From the human T2T-CHM13v2.0 reference genome, Homo sapiens, in the NCBI RefSeq assembly GCF_009914755.1, contig NC_060947.1: DNA of 64,000 bases; one strand, 5' to 3'. Every line of letters starts with the position of its first letter. Positions within the stretch are counted from its first letter, which is position 1. A program made the translations under genes and the position numbers. The notes below the pieces were generated by a model. That model made no database searches, was not told where the DNA came from, and saw only the letters and a program-made list of their open reading frames with translations. Shown here in pieces: positions 1-14,037 of this stretch.

Positions 1-238
1 GGCGCGATCTTGGCTCACCGCAACCTCCGCCTCCCGGGTTCAAGCGATTCTTCTGCCTCAGCCTCCCGAGTAGCTGTGATTACGGGCATGCGCCACCACA
101 CCCAGCTAATTTTGTATTTTTAGTAGAGACAGAGTTTCTCCACGTTGGTCAGGCTGGTCTTGAACTCCCGACCTCAGGTGATCCACCCGCCTTGGCCTCC
201 CAAAGTGCTGGGATTACAGGCGTGAGCCACCGCGCCCA
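1..238 (-). mobile_element. AluS (cut by window edge)
   Basis: Alu consensus motifs. Confidence 0.95.
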
Positions 239-242
239 ACCC

Positions 243-554
243 TTTTCTTTCCTTTTTTTTTTTAGAGACTGTGCCTCACTCTTTGCCCTGGCTGGAGTGC
301 ATTGGTGCCATCATAGCTCACTGCAGCCTCGACCTCCCAGAGCTCAAGTGATCCTCCCACCTCAGCCTCCTGAGTAGCTGGGACCACAGGTATGCGCCAC
401 CAAGCCCAGCTAACTTTTTTTGTTTGTTTGTTTTAGTAAAGACGAGGTCTCCCTGTGTTGCCCTGCCTGGTCTCAAACTGCTAGGCTCAAGCGATCCTCC
501 CTCCTTGGCCTCTCAAAGTGCTGGGATTACAGGCATGAGCCATTGTGCTTGGCC
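243..554 (-). mobile_element. AluJ
   Basis: GCTCAAGTGATCCTCC-type diagnostics. Confidence 0.9.
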
Positions 555-1337
555 GTGTTTTACTTTTCCAACTGCCAAATTTGATCCAGTGCAGTTACTT
601 AATTAGATTAGATTACTGTTTATATTAAACTCAAATAATGATTAAATTGAAAAATTTCGTGACAAGAGCTCACAAATGAAATCAGCCGAAATCAGCTAGT
701 GCTTGTCTTAACCTATCCTTGGCTGTGTATGCTGCCTTATCCTCAGAGGGCATACAAGGCTGAGCTGACAGATGAATGACCCCTGTTAATGGAGTACAGA
801 TAGTTCACAGAAGCCATATGTGATCAGCAGCACTTGCAAATGTCTCGCTTTCAATGCTGCCGCATGGCAAGAACACAGGTGGTGTCCTCAAGAGGTCTCC
901 CTCTATGCTGTTTGACCTCCACAGCACACTCTTCACCTGCAGCTTCAGAATCCAAGGTCTATCCAGAAGACAGGATATTTTTTTTAAAAACTTTAAAAAT
1001 AGAGATATAACATACATACAGTTGTGACAGCTAGTCAGCAAAGATGGCTCCAATCTTCATGCTGTGGCAATCCCCTCCCACATTGAGTCAGGCTGGCCCA
1101 TGACTTGAGTTAAACAAGAGAATGTGGCAGAAGTGACCGTGGGCCAGTTCTGGGCCAGGCTTTTAGAAGCATTGGTAGGTTCTGGTTCCTTTCTCTTGGA
1201 ACACTTGTTTTTGGGAGCCCTGTCAGTTTGGATCATCCAAGAAGCAAACACCAAGACTGAATTATATGTGCAGGAGATTTATTAGGGGAAATGCTACTGA
1301 AGGATAAAGGGCCCCCGGCCAAATGCACCAATCTTAT

Positions 1338-1411
1338 GTGCAAAATTAATTGAAGTTTTTGCCATTACTTTCAACGGCAAGAGCCACAATTACTTTTGCA
1401 TCAACCTAATA
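1338..1411. mobile_element. MADE1 (Hsmar1-derived MITE), left terminus eroded
   Basis: GTGCAAAATTAATTG..TTTTTGCCATTACTTTCAACGGCAAGAGCCACAATTACTTTTGCATCAACCTAA+TA; near-palindromic. Confidence 0.88.
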
Positions 1412-1422
1412 CATACAGCTCA

Positions 1423-1787
<365 letters not shown>

Positions 1788-2015
1788 TTACAACAACCTA
1801 GAATGTTCCCTTATGGCTCCCTCCCCAGTCAATGCCACTCCCCGACATAGAGGTAGTCACTCTCCTGAGTTCTATTGCCATATATTAGTTTTACACATTC
1901 TTGACCTTCACTTAAATGGAATGATACAGTACATACTTTTTAGTGTCTGTCTTCTTTCACTTATTGTTGTGTCCATGACTCATCCACATGGTTGGGTGCA
2001 ACAGGAATTTGTTCC

Positions 2016-2307
2016 TTTTTTTTTTTTTGAGACAGAGTCTCACTCTGTCACCGGGCTAGAGTGCAGTGGTGAAATCTCGGCTCACTGCAACCTCTGCCTC
2101 TTGGGTTCAAGTGATTTTCCTGCTGCAGCCTCCTGAGTAGCTGGGACTACAGGCGTGCGCCACCATGCCCAGCTAATTTTTGTATTTTTAGTAGAGATGG
2201 AATTTCACTATGTTGGTCAGGATGGTCTCGATCTCTTGACCTCGTGATCTGCCCGCCTCTGCCTCCAAAAGTGCTGGGATTACAGGTGTGAGCCACCGCG
2301 CCCGGCC
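2016..2307 (-). mobile_element. AluS nested in an old L1ME fragment (~1770-2550)
   Basis: TSD AATTTGTTC. Confidence 0.92.
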
Positions 2308-2738
2308 AAATTTGTTCTTTTTTATTGCTGTATAGTTTTCTATTTGTATGAATATGCCATACTGCGTTTACCTATTGCCCTGTTGTAGATGTTTCTGGGT
2401 TTTGGCTCTTATAAATACAGCTGCTTTAAACATTCTTATATAAGTCTCTGGACAGACATGTGCACCATTTTCCTCGGGTCTATATCTAGCAGTTGGATTT
2501 TTGGGTCGTGGGATGGCACATATTTAGCTTCAGTAGATAATGCTAAACTGATTGAGTATTTTGTAAACAGATTTCTATTTAGTTTAATAAATGATAATGA
2601 CAACTCAGGGGCATTTAAGTAAGAGCCCCCCTGCTTACTTGTCTTTCTCACCCACTTGACTTAAAGCTCCATGGTGGCATGAATCGTATCTATCATCTTT
2701 TAAGAAGTTTTTATTTTTATTTATTTTTAATTTTTTTT

Positions 2739-3210
<472 letters not shown>

Positions 3211-3453
3211 GTGTAAATAAGGTGTCATTGTTTAACACTGAGAAATATATACTTCCGACTGGATTTTAGGTACTATGGTGAGCAAATGGAGGAAAAAAGA
3301 CTAATTTTTTTCCTGGACCTTCCAAAGGTATTATTTATAATCATTTTTTCCCAGAAGTGACAGTATTTATAACCATTTGACTAAACGTGTATGAATAGGG
3401 ATTTTCTAAACTTTCTACTAGATTTCAGTATTGTGGAGACACGTCCAGAGTAA

Positions 3454-3513
3454 AATAATTAAGTCCTTAGAGTAGGGCTGTTTAATAATTAAGTCTTTAG
3501 AGTAGGGCTGTTT
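3454..3513. repeat. 30-bp tandem duplication
   Basis: AATAATTAAGTC(C/T)TTAGAGTAGGGCTGTTT twice, one mismatch. Confidence 0.9.
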
Positions 3514-3982
3514 AATCTGAAGTTTGTGGATGGGTTTTGTGAGGGCCTGAAATTGCATGCAAGATTTTATGTGCAAATAGATATGTCACTCAGGATCCTT
3601 GGTTGCAAGTGGCAGAAGCTCAGCTAGGATTCACGTATGTAACAAAGGGGTTTCATGGCAGGGTCTTGGTTTGGCTCATGTAGTTCAAGGAAGACAGGCA
3701 CAGCCATGCCTAGGCCAAAATCTCGGGGTTAAGCCCAGAACTTGGACTAAAAACAAAAACCAAAAAACAAAAAACAAAGTCAAAGACAAAAACAAAACAA
3801 AATAAAATCTGGGGGTGCCTCATGCCCTGCTGGTTTGGGGACATTTGGTTGGCAGAACCCAAAGCACATCTGAAACCCAAGTTTCAAGAGAACCTAGAAA
3901 ATGTAGTTTTTAGCTTTCCAATTTCTGCAGGACAGGAAACACCCTAAAATAATGTTGTAATAGATCATGGGATTCTTTCTTT

Positions 3983-4352
3983 CTCTCTTTCTCTCTCCTT
4001 CCTTCCTTCTTTCCTTCCTTCCTTCCTCCCTCCCTCCCTCCCTCCCTCCCTCTTTCTTTCTTTCCTTTTTGATGGAGTTTCGCTCTTATTGCCCAGGCTG
4101 GAATGAAATGGCACGATCTTGGCTCACTGCAACTTCTGCCTCCTGGGTTCAAGCGATTCTCCTGCTTCAGCCTCTCAAGGAGCTGGGATTACAGGCACGC
4201 ACCACCATGCCCTGCTAATTTTTTGTATTTTTAGTAAAGACAGGGTTTCACCAAGTTGGCCAGGCTGGTCTCGAACTCCTGACCTCAGATGATTTGCCTG
4301 CTTTGGCCTCCCAAACTGCTGAGGTTACAGGTGTGAGCCACCACACCCGGCC
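3983..4352 (-). mobile_element. AluS whose tail has become (TTCC)n/(TCCC)n/(TTTC)n
   Basis: TSD ATGGGATTCTTTCTTT at 3967-3982 and 4353-4368. Confidence 0.93.
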
Positions 4353-4967
4353 ATGGGATTCTTTCTTTAAGACCCCAAAAAGGTCTTCAACAATCCTTCT
4401 CAACTTAACACTGTGCCATCTATGGTGCAAAGTTGGATCTATTGGTGAAATCTATTTGTCATCCCTGTGCTATTTCATGTTGCTCACAGATCTCTTACTT
4501 TTGTTAAGAAAAATATATGCAAAACTTAGAAATAGACAAAATGCCGGCCACATGTCCTTTCAATGTCATATTAGAGCACCGTTTATAGCATACTTTTCTA
4601 TAGTGGATAACATAATGATCTGTTCTAGAAAGGCAGGCCGTAAACTTACAACAAAAACTGCTTCAGCCCAAATTGTTTTAGTACCAACCCATCCAAGCCA
4701 TGTGTTCCAAGATTCAGCAACTTGTGTGGTTTACAAAATCTGACATATGTTCCTTCTCTACCCAGCCCAGCCTTAGAACCGTCTGAGCCCAGCCATCTAA
4801 CTTCCTTCTTTTGAGTCACTACTGAGATGTTGTAAACTCAGGGCTCTCCCTTACTCAGCAAGTTTAATAAATTTAGCTTTGTGTCATCAAAGGGTGGCTC
4901 TGGTGGTCTTTGTGAGGTGCTTTGCAAAAGTCAATGGGTGCATTGCTGTATAGAAAATGAAGAGTGA

Positions 4968-5333
<366 letters not shown>

Positions 5334-6114
5334 TCATTAGGTATAAACTTCTTGGAATTAGCAATCAACCAATAAAATTAGCCATTGTCCTTGATTTGAG
5401 GAGAGCAGGCCTCTGCATTTGCAGACAGTGACAAACCATGATTGAATGGTGAAAAACTACTGTAGAAGAACATTAGGGAAGTGTTGAATACCAAGTGGCT
5501 ACAATCTCTTTTCAAACAAATGACCCCCTACCTGCCAAAACCTATGGGATGATTTTTGGTCCTTACCTCTCTACAATATTTGATGATGTTGATCACTTCT
5601 TTCTCAAAATTCTTCTGTAGACTTTCATGACACTGTGCTTTCCAGATTATCTTTCATCCTCTCTGATAATTCCTTCTCAATTCTAAATGGGCAGAGAGAG
5701 ATCAAGCAGGATAAAAAATAAGAAATGACGATTGAGTTAGTGGTTATGATGCCATCCATGCTGTTAGCAAAAGTCATGGAGCAGAGCAGACAGTAGACAG
5801 ATTGTAAGGGATAGAAGGAAGGGTAGCAACAGCGCCTGTGAGCCTCTGTTTCTAAAATTTGGAGATTGTTGTTGCTTTTGTTTACTTTGGGTTTTTCTTT
5901 CTTTGATTTTTGCTCTTCCCTGTCTGCTTTATTAGTGCCAGTTTTCAAGCAGTTAGTGTGCATCTGCCATGCATAGGAGCTGTTCCTGGAGCTACTGGGA
6001 TGCAGAGATGGCAAGGCCCCTCCCTGTCCTCCAGAAACAGATATCTGAGGATAAAGAAAAAGAGAAGCCAAGCACAATGGGCATCACTGAAGATGATGAA
6101 TGCCCTATGAGCCC

Positions 6115-6475
6115 TGCTATATACTGAATATATGTATCCCTCCCAAATTCCTATCTTGAAATCCTAACTCTCAAGGTGATGGTATTAGGCGGTGGGGCCT
6201 TTGGGAGGTGATGAGATCATGACGGTGGAGCCCTCATGAACAGGATTAGTGTCTTTATAAAAGGGACCCCAGAGAGCTCACTTGCCCCTCCCATTATGTG
6301 AGGACACAGCGAGAAGGCATCATCTATGAATCAGGAAGGAGGCCCTCACCAGACACAAAATCTGCCTGTGTCTTGATCTCAGACTTCCAGCCTCCAGAAC
6401 TGTAAGAAATAAAAGTTGTATGTAAGCCACCCAGTCTACACTATTTTATAATAGTCACTGGAATGGACTAAGACA
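6115..6475 (+). mobile_element. MLT1A-like solo LTR
   Basis: TGCTAT..GGTGGGGCCTTTGGGAGGTGAT..GACTAAGACA with perfect 5-bp TSD AGCCC (6110-6114 / 6476-6480). Confidence 0.88.
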
Positions 6476-6969
6476 AGCCCCCAGGTTACCTGGAGAGATT
6501 TGTTTTTAAAAGTTGAAAAGATTTGACCATATTTAGGTAGGAAGATAAAATCTAGAGGATTGTTAATGTGAGTTCATGTTGGTACTTTCTAAAAGTGAAC
6601 TTTGCCACATTAAGCCAGAGGCATTCATTGTCTTGAAGATTTTTTTAAAGACTATTACAGCAGGAATGCAAAAACTAAGTAAATAACTTTTAATCACCAA
6701 AATAGGCTCTGGAACCCATTTCAGGGGCTGTGGTTGACAGTGAAAACAATTTCCACACAGCTTACTACTTGTATCAACATGCCTTTGCTATCCTAATTCG
6801 TGATTAGAAAGAGCCTAAATCAATCCCTTATTGTGGTGGGAATTGTACGATTTGAAATTCAGGAGCTCTGTCTCTCAGTAGCCAAGTTCCCTGCGACAAA
6901 GAGGGCTTATTAGTTGTGATTGTGTTCAGCTGCAAGCTAAAAAAAAAAAAAAGCTAAGAACGGCTTTTC

Positions 6970-7000
<31 letters not shown>

Positions 7001-7185
7001 ACTTTAAGTTTTAGGGTACATGTGCACAATGTGCAGGTTAGTTACATATGTATACATGTGCCATGCTGGTGCGCTGCACCCACTAACTCGTCATCTAGCA
7101 TTAGGTATATCTCCCAATGCTATCCCTCCCCCTCCCCCCCCAACAGCAGTCCCCAGAGTGTGATGTTCCCCTTCCTGTGTCCATG
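6970..7185 (-). mobile_element. Young 5'-truncated L1 (L1PA2/L1PA3-like 3' UTR, ~215 bp)
   Basis: L1 3' end with GAG (non-Ta) diagnostic (CACTAACTCGTCATC on plus); perfect 15-bp TSD TAAGAACGGCTTTTC (6955-6969 / 7186-7200). Confidence 0.93.
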
Positions 7186-7266
7186 TAAGAACGGCTTTTC
7201 AAAGAGATGTTTATTTCTCTTATCAAGAAAAAATAATGTGAAACATATAACAAGGCAAGAGGGTGA

Positions 7267-7669
<403 letters not shown>

Positions 7670-8605
7670 TGTTTGACACTTTTAATTAGGGTTCATACTC
7701 TGTAAACTTACAAGTAAACGTGTAGATTTTTGACCAAGAGTTGTAGAAAGGATAACCCCAAAGTTATGGCTTTATTGCCCTGTAGGGTATTAAGGGTTTT
7801 GATGCTAACGTGCTTATATCAGCACTTTTTCTTGTTTGAATATATAAATTTCTGTTTCTCAAATGATCTTTGAAACAGCTTTCCTATGCTGCAGGTTTCT
7901 TCATGAATAAGTCAAGTAAATTTTTTACACACATTCATCTATATTTAGGACTATGTGGGGGTGGGACGAAGATCTGAGGTCTAGCTGTTCCTTTAAAGAA
8001 TGTTCACCAGTTCTGTTTTTGGCTCTACCTTGCAACCCACCTTCAGCAGGCTCTCTCCTTCTAATTCCTAAGCTTTTCTGGGGTTCTGTGACACGAATCA
8101 CCTTGCTTCTTCTTGGCTTCCCACCTTGCAGGCACTTAGCTTTTTCTGCTTTATTGTGTTATTTGCCACTTGGCCATCTACTTTTCAGCTTTCAAAATTT
8201 TGTTGTCATATCTCATCTGCTGTCATTTTGATGGGTGTTTTGATTCCTTGTGAGCTTATGCCTTAAAAAATTTCCTTTCAGTCTTTCTAGTGGGGTTTGA
8301 AGAGGGGCCTAAGATGTATACATATATGAGATCAATCTGCCTTGCTTAACTAGAACCGAATGTGATTTCAAAATGTAGCCCCAAAATACAGCAGTGGTTT
8401 CTTTCTCCACAAATGAAGAAATTCATAAAAGGTTGAAAGAGAGCCAAATTCCTTGTGATTGAGCTGTTTGGACCTTGGTGTGATTTCCTTAAAAATATTT
8501 TTAAAAATATTTATGCCCAATATTTTATGCTGAACATTATAAATCACAGTATTTTGGATCTCAAGTGATAAATTCAGACTATTCAATGTATTAAACACAA
8601 TACCA

Positions 8606-9590
8606 CTATTGGGTATTTTTCCAAAGGAAAAGAAATCAGGCTGGGTGCAGTAACTCACACCTGTAATCCCAGCATTTTAGGAGGCCGAGGCAGGAGGATC
8701 GCTTGAGGCCAGAATTTCAAGACCAACCTGGGCAACATAGTGAAGCCCTGTCTCTACAGAAATATTTAAAAATTGGCCGAGTGTGGTGGCACGTGCCTGT
8801 AGTCCCAGCTATTCAGGAGGCTGATATGGGAAGATTGCTTGAGGCCAGGAGTTGGAGACTGCAACTGCTATGATCTTGCCTCTGCACTCCAGCCTGGGCA
8901 ACAGAGTGAAACCCTTTCTCTAAAAAATAAATAAATAAGAAAATAAATAAAATAAGAAATCAATATATTAAAGGGATAGCTGCACCCCCATGTTTATTGA
9001 TGCACTATTCACAATAGCCAAGATATGAAATCAACCTAACTGTCCATCAACAGACATATGGATGAAAAAAATGTGATATATAGAAAAATGGGATACTATT
9101 CAGTTATGAAAAAGAATGAAATCCTGTCATTTGCAGCAACATGCATGGAACTGGAGGTCCTTATGTTGAGTGAAATAGGCATAGAAAGACAAATACCGCA
9201 GGTTGTCACTCATGTGGGAGCTGAAAAAGTTGATCTCATGGAGATAGAGAGTGGAATGATAGAAACCAGAGGGTAGGAAGGGTGTATGGGGCAGGAGGTG
9301 ATGAAGAAAGATTAGTTAATAGGTACAACCATACAGTTAGATAGAAGGAATAATTTCTAACGCTGGATAACAGAGTAGGGTGACTGTGGTTAACAACAAT
9401 GTATTGGATAGTTCAAGATAACCTGAAGAGAAGACTTGAAATGTACCCAACACACAGAAATAATAAATACTCAGGTGATGGATACCCTAAATGTCCTGAC
9501 TTGATCATTATACATTCTATGGATGTAACAAAATATCACATGTGCCTCAGAAATATGTGCATATATAGTGTATCAAATACATAAATAAAT
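8606..9590 (+). mobile_element. L1MA-type 3' fragment containing an Alu (8639-8955, +)
   Basis: L1 ORF2-end/3' UTR motifs CTATTCACAATAGCCAAGATATG and GAATGAAATCCTGTCATTTGCAGCAACATG; AAAGAAATCA-like duplication around the Alu. Confidence 0.85.
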
Positions 9591-9934
9591 GCACCACTGA
9601 ATTGCACTTTGGAAAGTAGCAAGCACTGGGACATGCAGAAATGGTCCTTGCTGGCATTATCACTGTCACACTTGTATGCAGTGTCAGCATCTTTTGCTTG
9701 ATAGTTAATGCACTCTGGTGTGGAAAAGCCATCTTATGCATGCTCCTATGACTTTTCACAGTATGTTGAAGAAACATGCTCTGAGTAGTGGCAATTTAGT
9801 CAGATTACTTCCATACTGATTCAAGAAGCATATTGGTAACATCCAGCTGTCCTAAGTGAATAAAGGAGTGTGAAAAAAATTGTCATTTTACTAAGACACT
9901 AGAGTTGACATCTATTATTGGCCCATCTCCATCA

Positions 9935-10415
9935 TCCATTCAAACTTTTCTTGGTATAATTATTTGATTTTTCTTTGGGATACCAGCCCTCCTTGCATGT
10001 CAGACTCTGTGCTTTGGGGAGAGTTGAATTAATCCCCTTCTCCTGGGGTGGATGGTGACTTAGGTGTGACCAGTCAAAGCATTGCCTTCCCTTGGCCATA
10101 GAAACTGGTTCATGGATGGGCATGTGACCCAGTTGGACTTAGCCAATAAATTCTCATAAATTTTAGTTGGGGCTATTGGAAGAGTGGCATGTTGGACTTC
10201 AACATGAGAGCATATGTGACTGGAATAGCGGTAAGACACTCTGCAGAGCCTGAAATTGAAGCTAACATGGCAGAAGGCAGAGAGGAAAGATGGAGACAAA
10301 ACCAGTGTGATGATATTGCTTGAGTATCTGAATTCAATTGTGTGAGCGAATAAACACTCGATGGCTTAAGGCAGTTGCAATTATTTTTCTATCACTTGCC
10401 ATCAATCTGACTCAC
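9935..10415 (+). mobile_element. Old MLT1-family LTR nested in the hAT fossil
   Basis: GGATGGGCATGTGACCCAGTTGG and GCTTAAGGCAGTTG..TTTTCTATCACTTGC motifs typical of old MLT1 LTRs. Confidence 0.6.
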
Positions 10416-11419
10416 CTAGCAAAGCTTGGCATTGCTGCTTGCATAGCGGGTGCTACCTCAGTACTGGCGCCCATAATAATTTTTACCTAAATAAAAAATC
10501 ACTTTTGTAACCTGGGTATTCAGAGATCAACAGAAGAAAACACTGAGCACATCTTACTCACGTATGCTCATTACATATGCCAAAAGCAAACATATTTTAG
10601 CTGTAATGTAAAATATCTGCTCACATAAGCACCATAATAAGTACTTGTTTTTGCAGAATGCCATTGATATTAGATGATGTACAACACCATCATTTGATAA
10701 GAGAATTTTGCCAACAGACCATTCAATTTTCCTTCTTGCACAACATTTTTATTAACTTTGTGAGTGGTTTTACAAAGTTCTTGGCAGCAGTACAACTTGA
10801 ACCTTTAGCATCCTGGAAAGCACAATTTTTAGCTTATTCTGGAAAATCTCAGTGGGTTCACCAGAGAGGTCATTGTGCATTGTTTTTGAAAAGCATAAAA
10901 AGGCTGTGGTGGCTTCCTGCCACTATTTGACAGTTTCATAATAGGTGAAGCACAGGCATCTATAGATAGCATCTAATTCTCATATAATTATTGTATTTCT
11001 CATTCTTATTCGTTTTTTTCTGCCACCACTATTACATATTCTTTTGCCCCACTAATACAGAGTCATACTCTATATTCACACTGACTTCTTATGTATTATT
11101 TATATTTATGAATTATCCTGCACTGCAGTATTTAGATAACTTTTTCTTAACCCCTTTTATACTATAATGAACTGTTGATCCATTTTTAAAAACTGGGAAT
11201 ATAATGGGGCACTATGGTTACAACAAAAAATTCAAATTGGACAAATGTAAGTAATAATATGTAAATGACAAAAATGTATTAGCTGACATCAAACGTACTC
11301 TAGAAACTGAATATTAGCAAAAGGAACTGACTAATAGAGTCTTTATAGTGAATGCATAAACTTTAGGATTGTGATGATAATTGAAAACATAATGAAGTTT
11401 CTGTGAAAATCATGATTTA

Positions 11420-11755
11420 GGCCAGATGTGGTGCCTTATGCCTGTAATCCCAGCACTCTAAGAGGCTATGGTAGGCGGATCACTTGACATCAGGAGTTCA
11501 AGACCAGCCTGGCCAACATAGTGAAACCCTGTCTCTAGTAAAAATACAAAAACTAGTCAGGCATGGTGGCATGTGCCCGTGGACCCAGCTATTCAGGAGG
11601 CGGAGGCAGGAGAGTCATTTGAACCCAGGAGGCGGAGGTTGCAGTGAACTGAGATCATGCAACTGCACTCCAGCCTGGACGACAGAGCAAGACTCTGTCT
11701 CAAAAAGACAAAAAAAAAAAAAAACAAAAAATAAAACAACAAACAAACAAAAAAA
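11420..11755 (+). mobile_element. AluS
   Basis: Dimer with long A-rich tail. Confidence 0.92.
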
Positions 11756-11759
11756 CACA

Positions 11760-13140
11760 GTAAGGCATCCCATGCTCATGGATTGGAAGAATTAATATTG
11801 TTAAAATGCCCATACTACTTTAAGCAATCTATAGATTCAATGTAATCTCTATCAAAATACCAATGACATTCTTTACAGAAATAGAAACAAAAATTCTAAA
11901 ATTTGTATAGAACCACAAAAGACCCCAAATAGCCAAAGCAATTCTGAGCAAAAGGAACAAAATTGGAGTCATCACACTACCTGACTTCAAAGTATTCTAC
12001 AAAGTTATAGTAATCAAAATAGCATGGTAGGGGCATAAAAACAGACACATAGACCAAAGGAACCAAATAAAAAAGTCCAGAAATAAATCCACACATTTAC
12101 AGCCAACTGATTCTTGACAAGCCATCAAGAACATACAGTGGGGAAAGGACAGTCTCTTCAATAAATGGTGCTGGGAAAATTGAATATCCATATGCAGAAG
12201 AAAAAAACTAGACCCCCCTCTCTCACCATATACAAAAATCAACTCAAAATGGATTAATCATCAGGAAAATGCAGATCAAAACCACAAAGAGATATTGTCT
12301 TACCCAAGTTAAAATGGCTATTATCAAAAAGACAAAAAATAACAAATGCTGGCAAGAATGTGGAAAAAAGAAAACACTCATACTGTTGGTGGGAATGTAA
12401 ATTAGTATACCCATTATGGAAAACAGTGTGGTGGTTCCTCAAAAAACTAAAAATAGAAATATCCTACAATCCAGCAATCCCACTGCCAGGTATATATTTA
12501 AAAGAAAGGAGATCAGTATGTCACAGAGATATCTGCACTCCCATATTTATTGCAGCAGTATTCACAATAGCCAAGATACAAAATCAACGTTAGTGTCCAT
12601 CAATGGATAGATGGATAAACAAAATATGGTACATATACTACAATGCTATTCAGCCTTACAAAAGAATGAAATCCTGTCATTGCAGCAACATGGATGAGCC
12701 TGGAGGTCATTATGTTAAGTGAAATAATCCAGGCACAGAAAGATAAACATCGCATGTTCTCATTCATATGTGGGAGCTAAAAAAAAGATGGTTGCATGGA
12801 GGTAGAGAGTAGAATGGTGGTTACCAGAGGCTGGGAAGGGAAGAGGGGAGTGGGGGATGAAGAGACGTCGGTTAATGGGTACAAAACATACAGTTACATA
12901 GAAGGAATAAGTTCTAGTGTTTGATGGCACAGTAGGGTGACTATAGTTAACAATAATATGTTGTATATTTCAAAATAGCCAGAAGAGAAGAATTGCAATA
13001 TTCCTAACAAAGAAATGATAACTGTTTGAGGTGATGGATATCCTAAATACTCTGATTTGATCATTACACATTGTATACAGGTGTCAAAATATTATGTATC
13101 CCATAAATGTGTACAACTATTATGTATCAATTTTAAAAAG
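11760..13140 (+). mobile_element. L1MA fragment (ORF2 C-terminus plus 3' UTR, internal deletion near 12255)
   Basis: ORF2 remnants (HSYCWWECKLV..LWKTVW..LKKLKIE) and L1MA 3' UTR. Confidence 0.9.
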
Positions 13141-13289
13141 TGATTGGGGACAGGAAAGCCTTGACAATAGGAGGAAGAACCATTGGCATCAACATTATGA
13201 TTTGCCAGAATATCAGCAGCCCACAAGTTGGGTGGGAAGTATGTTTTTGAAAAGATTTTATTAAGTAAGAATTGGTATGTTTCGAGACA

Positions 13290-13720
13290 TTTATTTTTTA
13301 ATTAAACATTTTTAAATTGTGGTAAAATATACGTAACATAAAATTTACTATCTTAACTATTTTTAAGTGTAGTTCAGTAGTGTTAAGTATATTCACATTG
13401 TTGTGCAACCAATCTCCAGAACTTTTTCATTTTGCAAAATTAAAGCTGTACCCATTAAACAGTAACTCCCCATTTCCTCCCAGCCCCTGGCAACCATCAT
13501 TCTACTCTCTGTGTCTATGAATTTGACTACTCTAGGTACTTCATAAGTGGAATCATACAGTATTTGTCTTTTTGTGATGGGCTTCTTTCACTTAGCAGAA
13601 TGTTCTCAAGGCTCATCCATGTTGCAGCATGTGTTGGAATTTTCTTTTTTTTCTAGGCTGAATATTCTTCCACTGTATGTGTATATCACATTTGTTTATC
13701 CACCTCTGTTGATGGTATTT
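13290..13720 (-). mobile_element. L1MB 3' end
   Basis: CAGTAGTGTTAAGTATATTCACATTGTTGTGCAACC and GTGGAATCATACAGTATTTGTC motifs. Confidence 0.8.
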
Positions 13721-13829
13721 GTGCAACACATTTATTATTTTTTTAAATTTAGTTATTATTTACATGTATATATACCCTACTTAATTCTTACATAAGCTGA
13801 TACAAGACACAAGTTTCATTCAGTTAAAA

Positions 13830-13857
13830 AATATAAATAAATAAATAAATATATATA

Positions 13858-13896
<39 letters not shown>

Positions 13897-13897
13897 A
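13830..13897. repeat. (AAAT)n simple repeat
   Basis: Read directly. Confidence 0.9.
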
Positions 13898-14037
13898 ACC
13901 TACCTACCTAGAGTTAGCCGTACTAAGTTTCGGATGTGTGGCTTCGAAACTTGTTAAAAAGAAAGCTTTACATTAACTTCACTATTTAAGATCTAAACCT
14001 AACTATTTTCTGGGCTCAGGAAGCTTTTCTCCAATGA

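Larger units (their letters stand above)
7675..11183 (-). mobile_element. Fragmented hAT (Charlie/Buster-type) DNA transposon with degenerate transposase, split by nested LTR, L1 and Alu insertions
   Basis: Minus-strand translations in the expected order: LSNSGRKP..MHNDLSGEPTEIFQNK (BED-like), NEHT*VRCAQ (cf. DESTDVSNCAQ), STEVAPAM (cf. CTDGAPAM), HSFIH (cf. HCFIH), LFHTRVH*LS (cf. LFHTEVRWLS), VFNTLNSLNLSL (cf. IFSKLNELNLSLQG). Confidence 0.82.

Noticed and set aside
192-606. Numerous 60-150 aa ORFs with [15 protein letters not shown] motifs here and throughout the window
   Set aside because: Standard Alu translation products.
620-975. Unique-looking segment with an 82-aa minus-strand ORF
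   Set aside because: No recognisable homology or convincing splice context.
5625-6077. 150-aa minus-strand ORF
   Set aside because: Overlaps L2-like remnants and low-complexity sequence; no recognisable domain.
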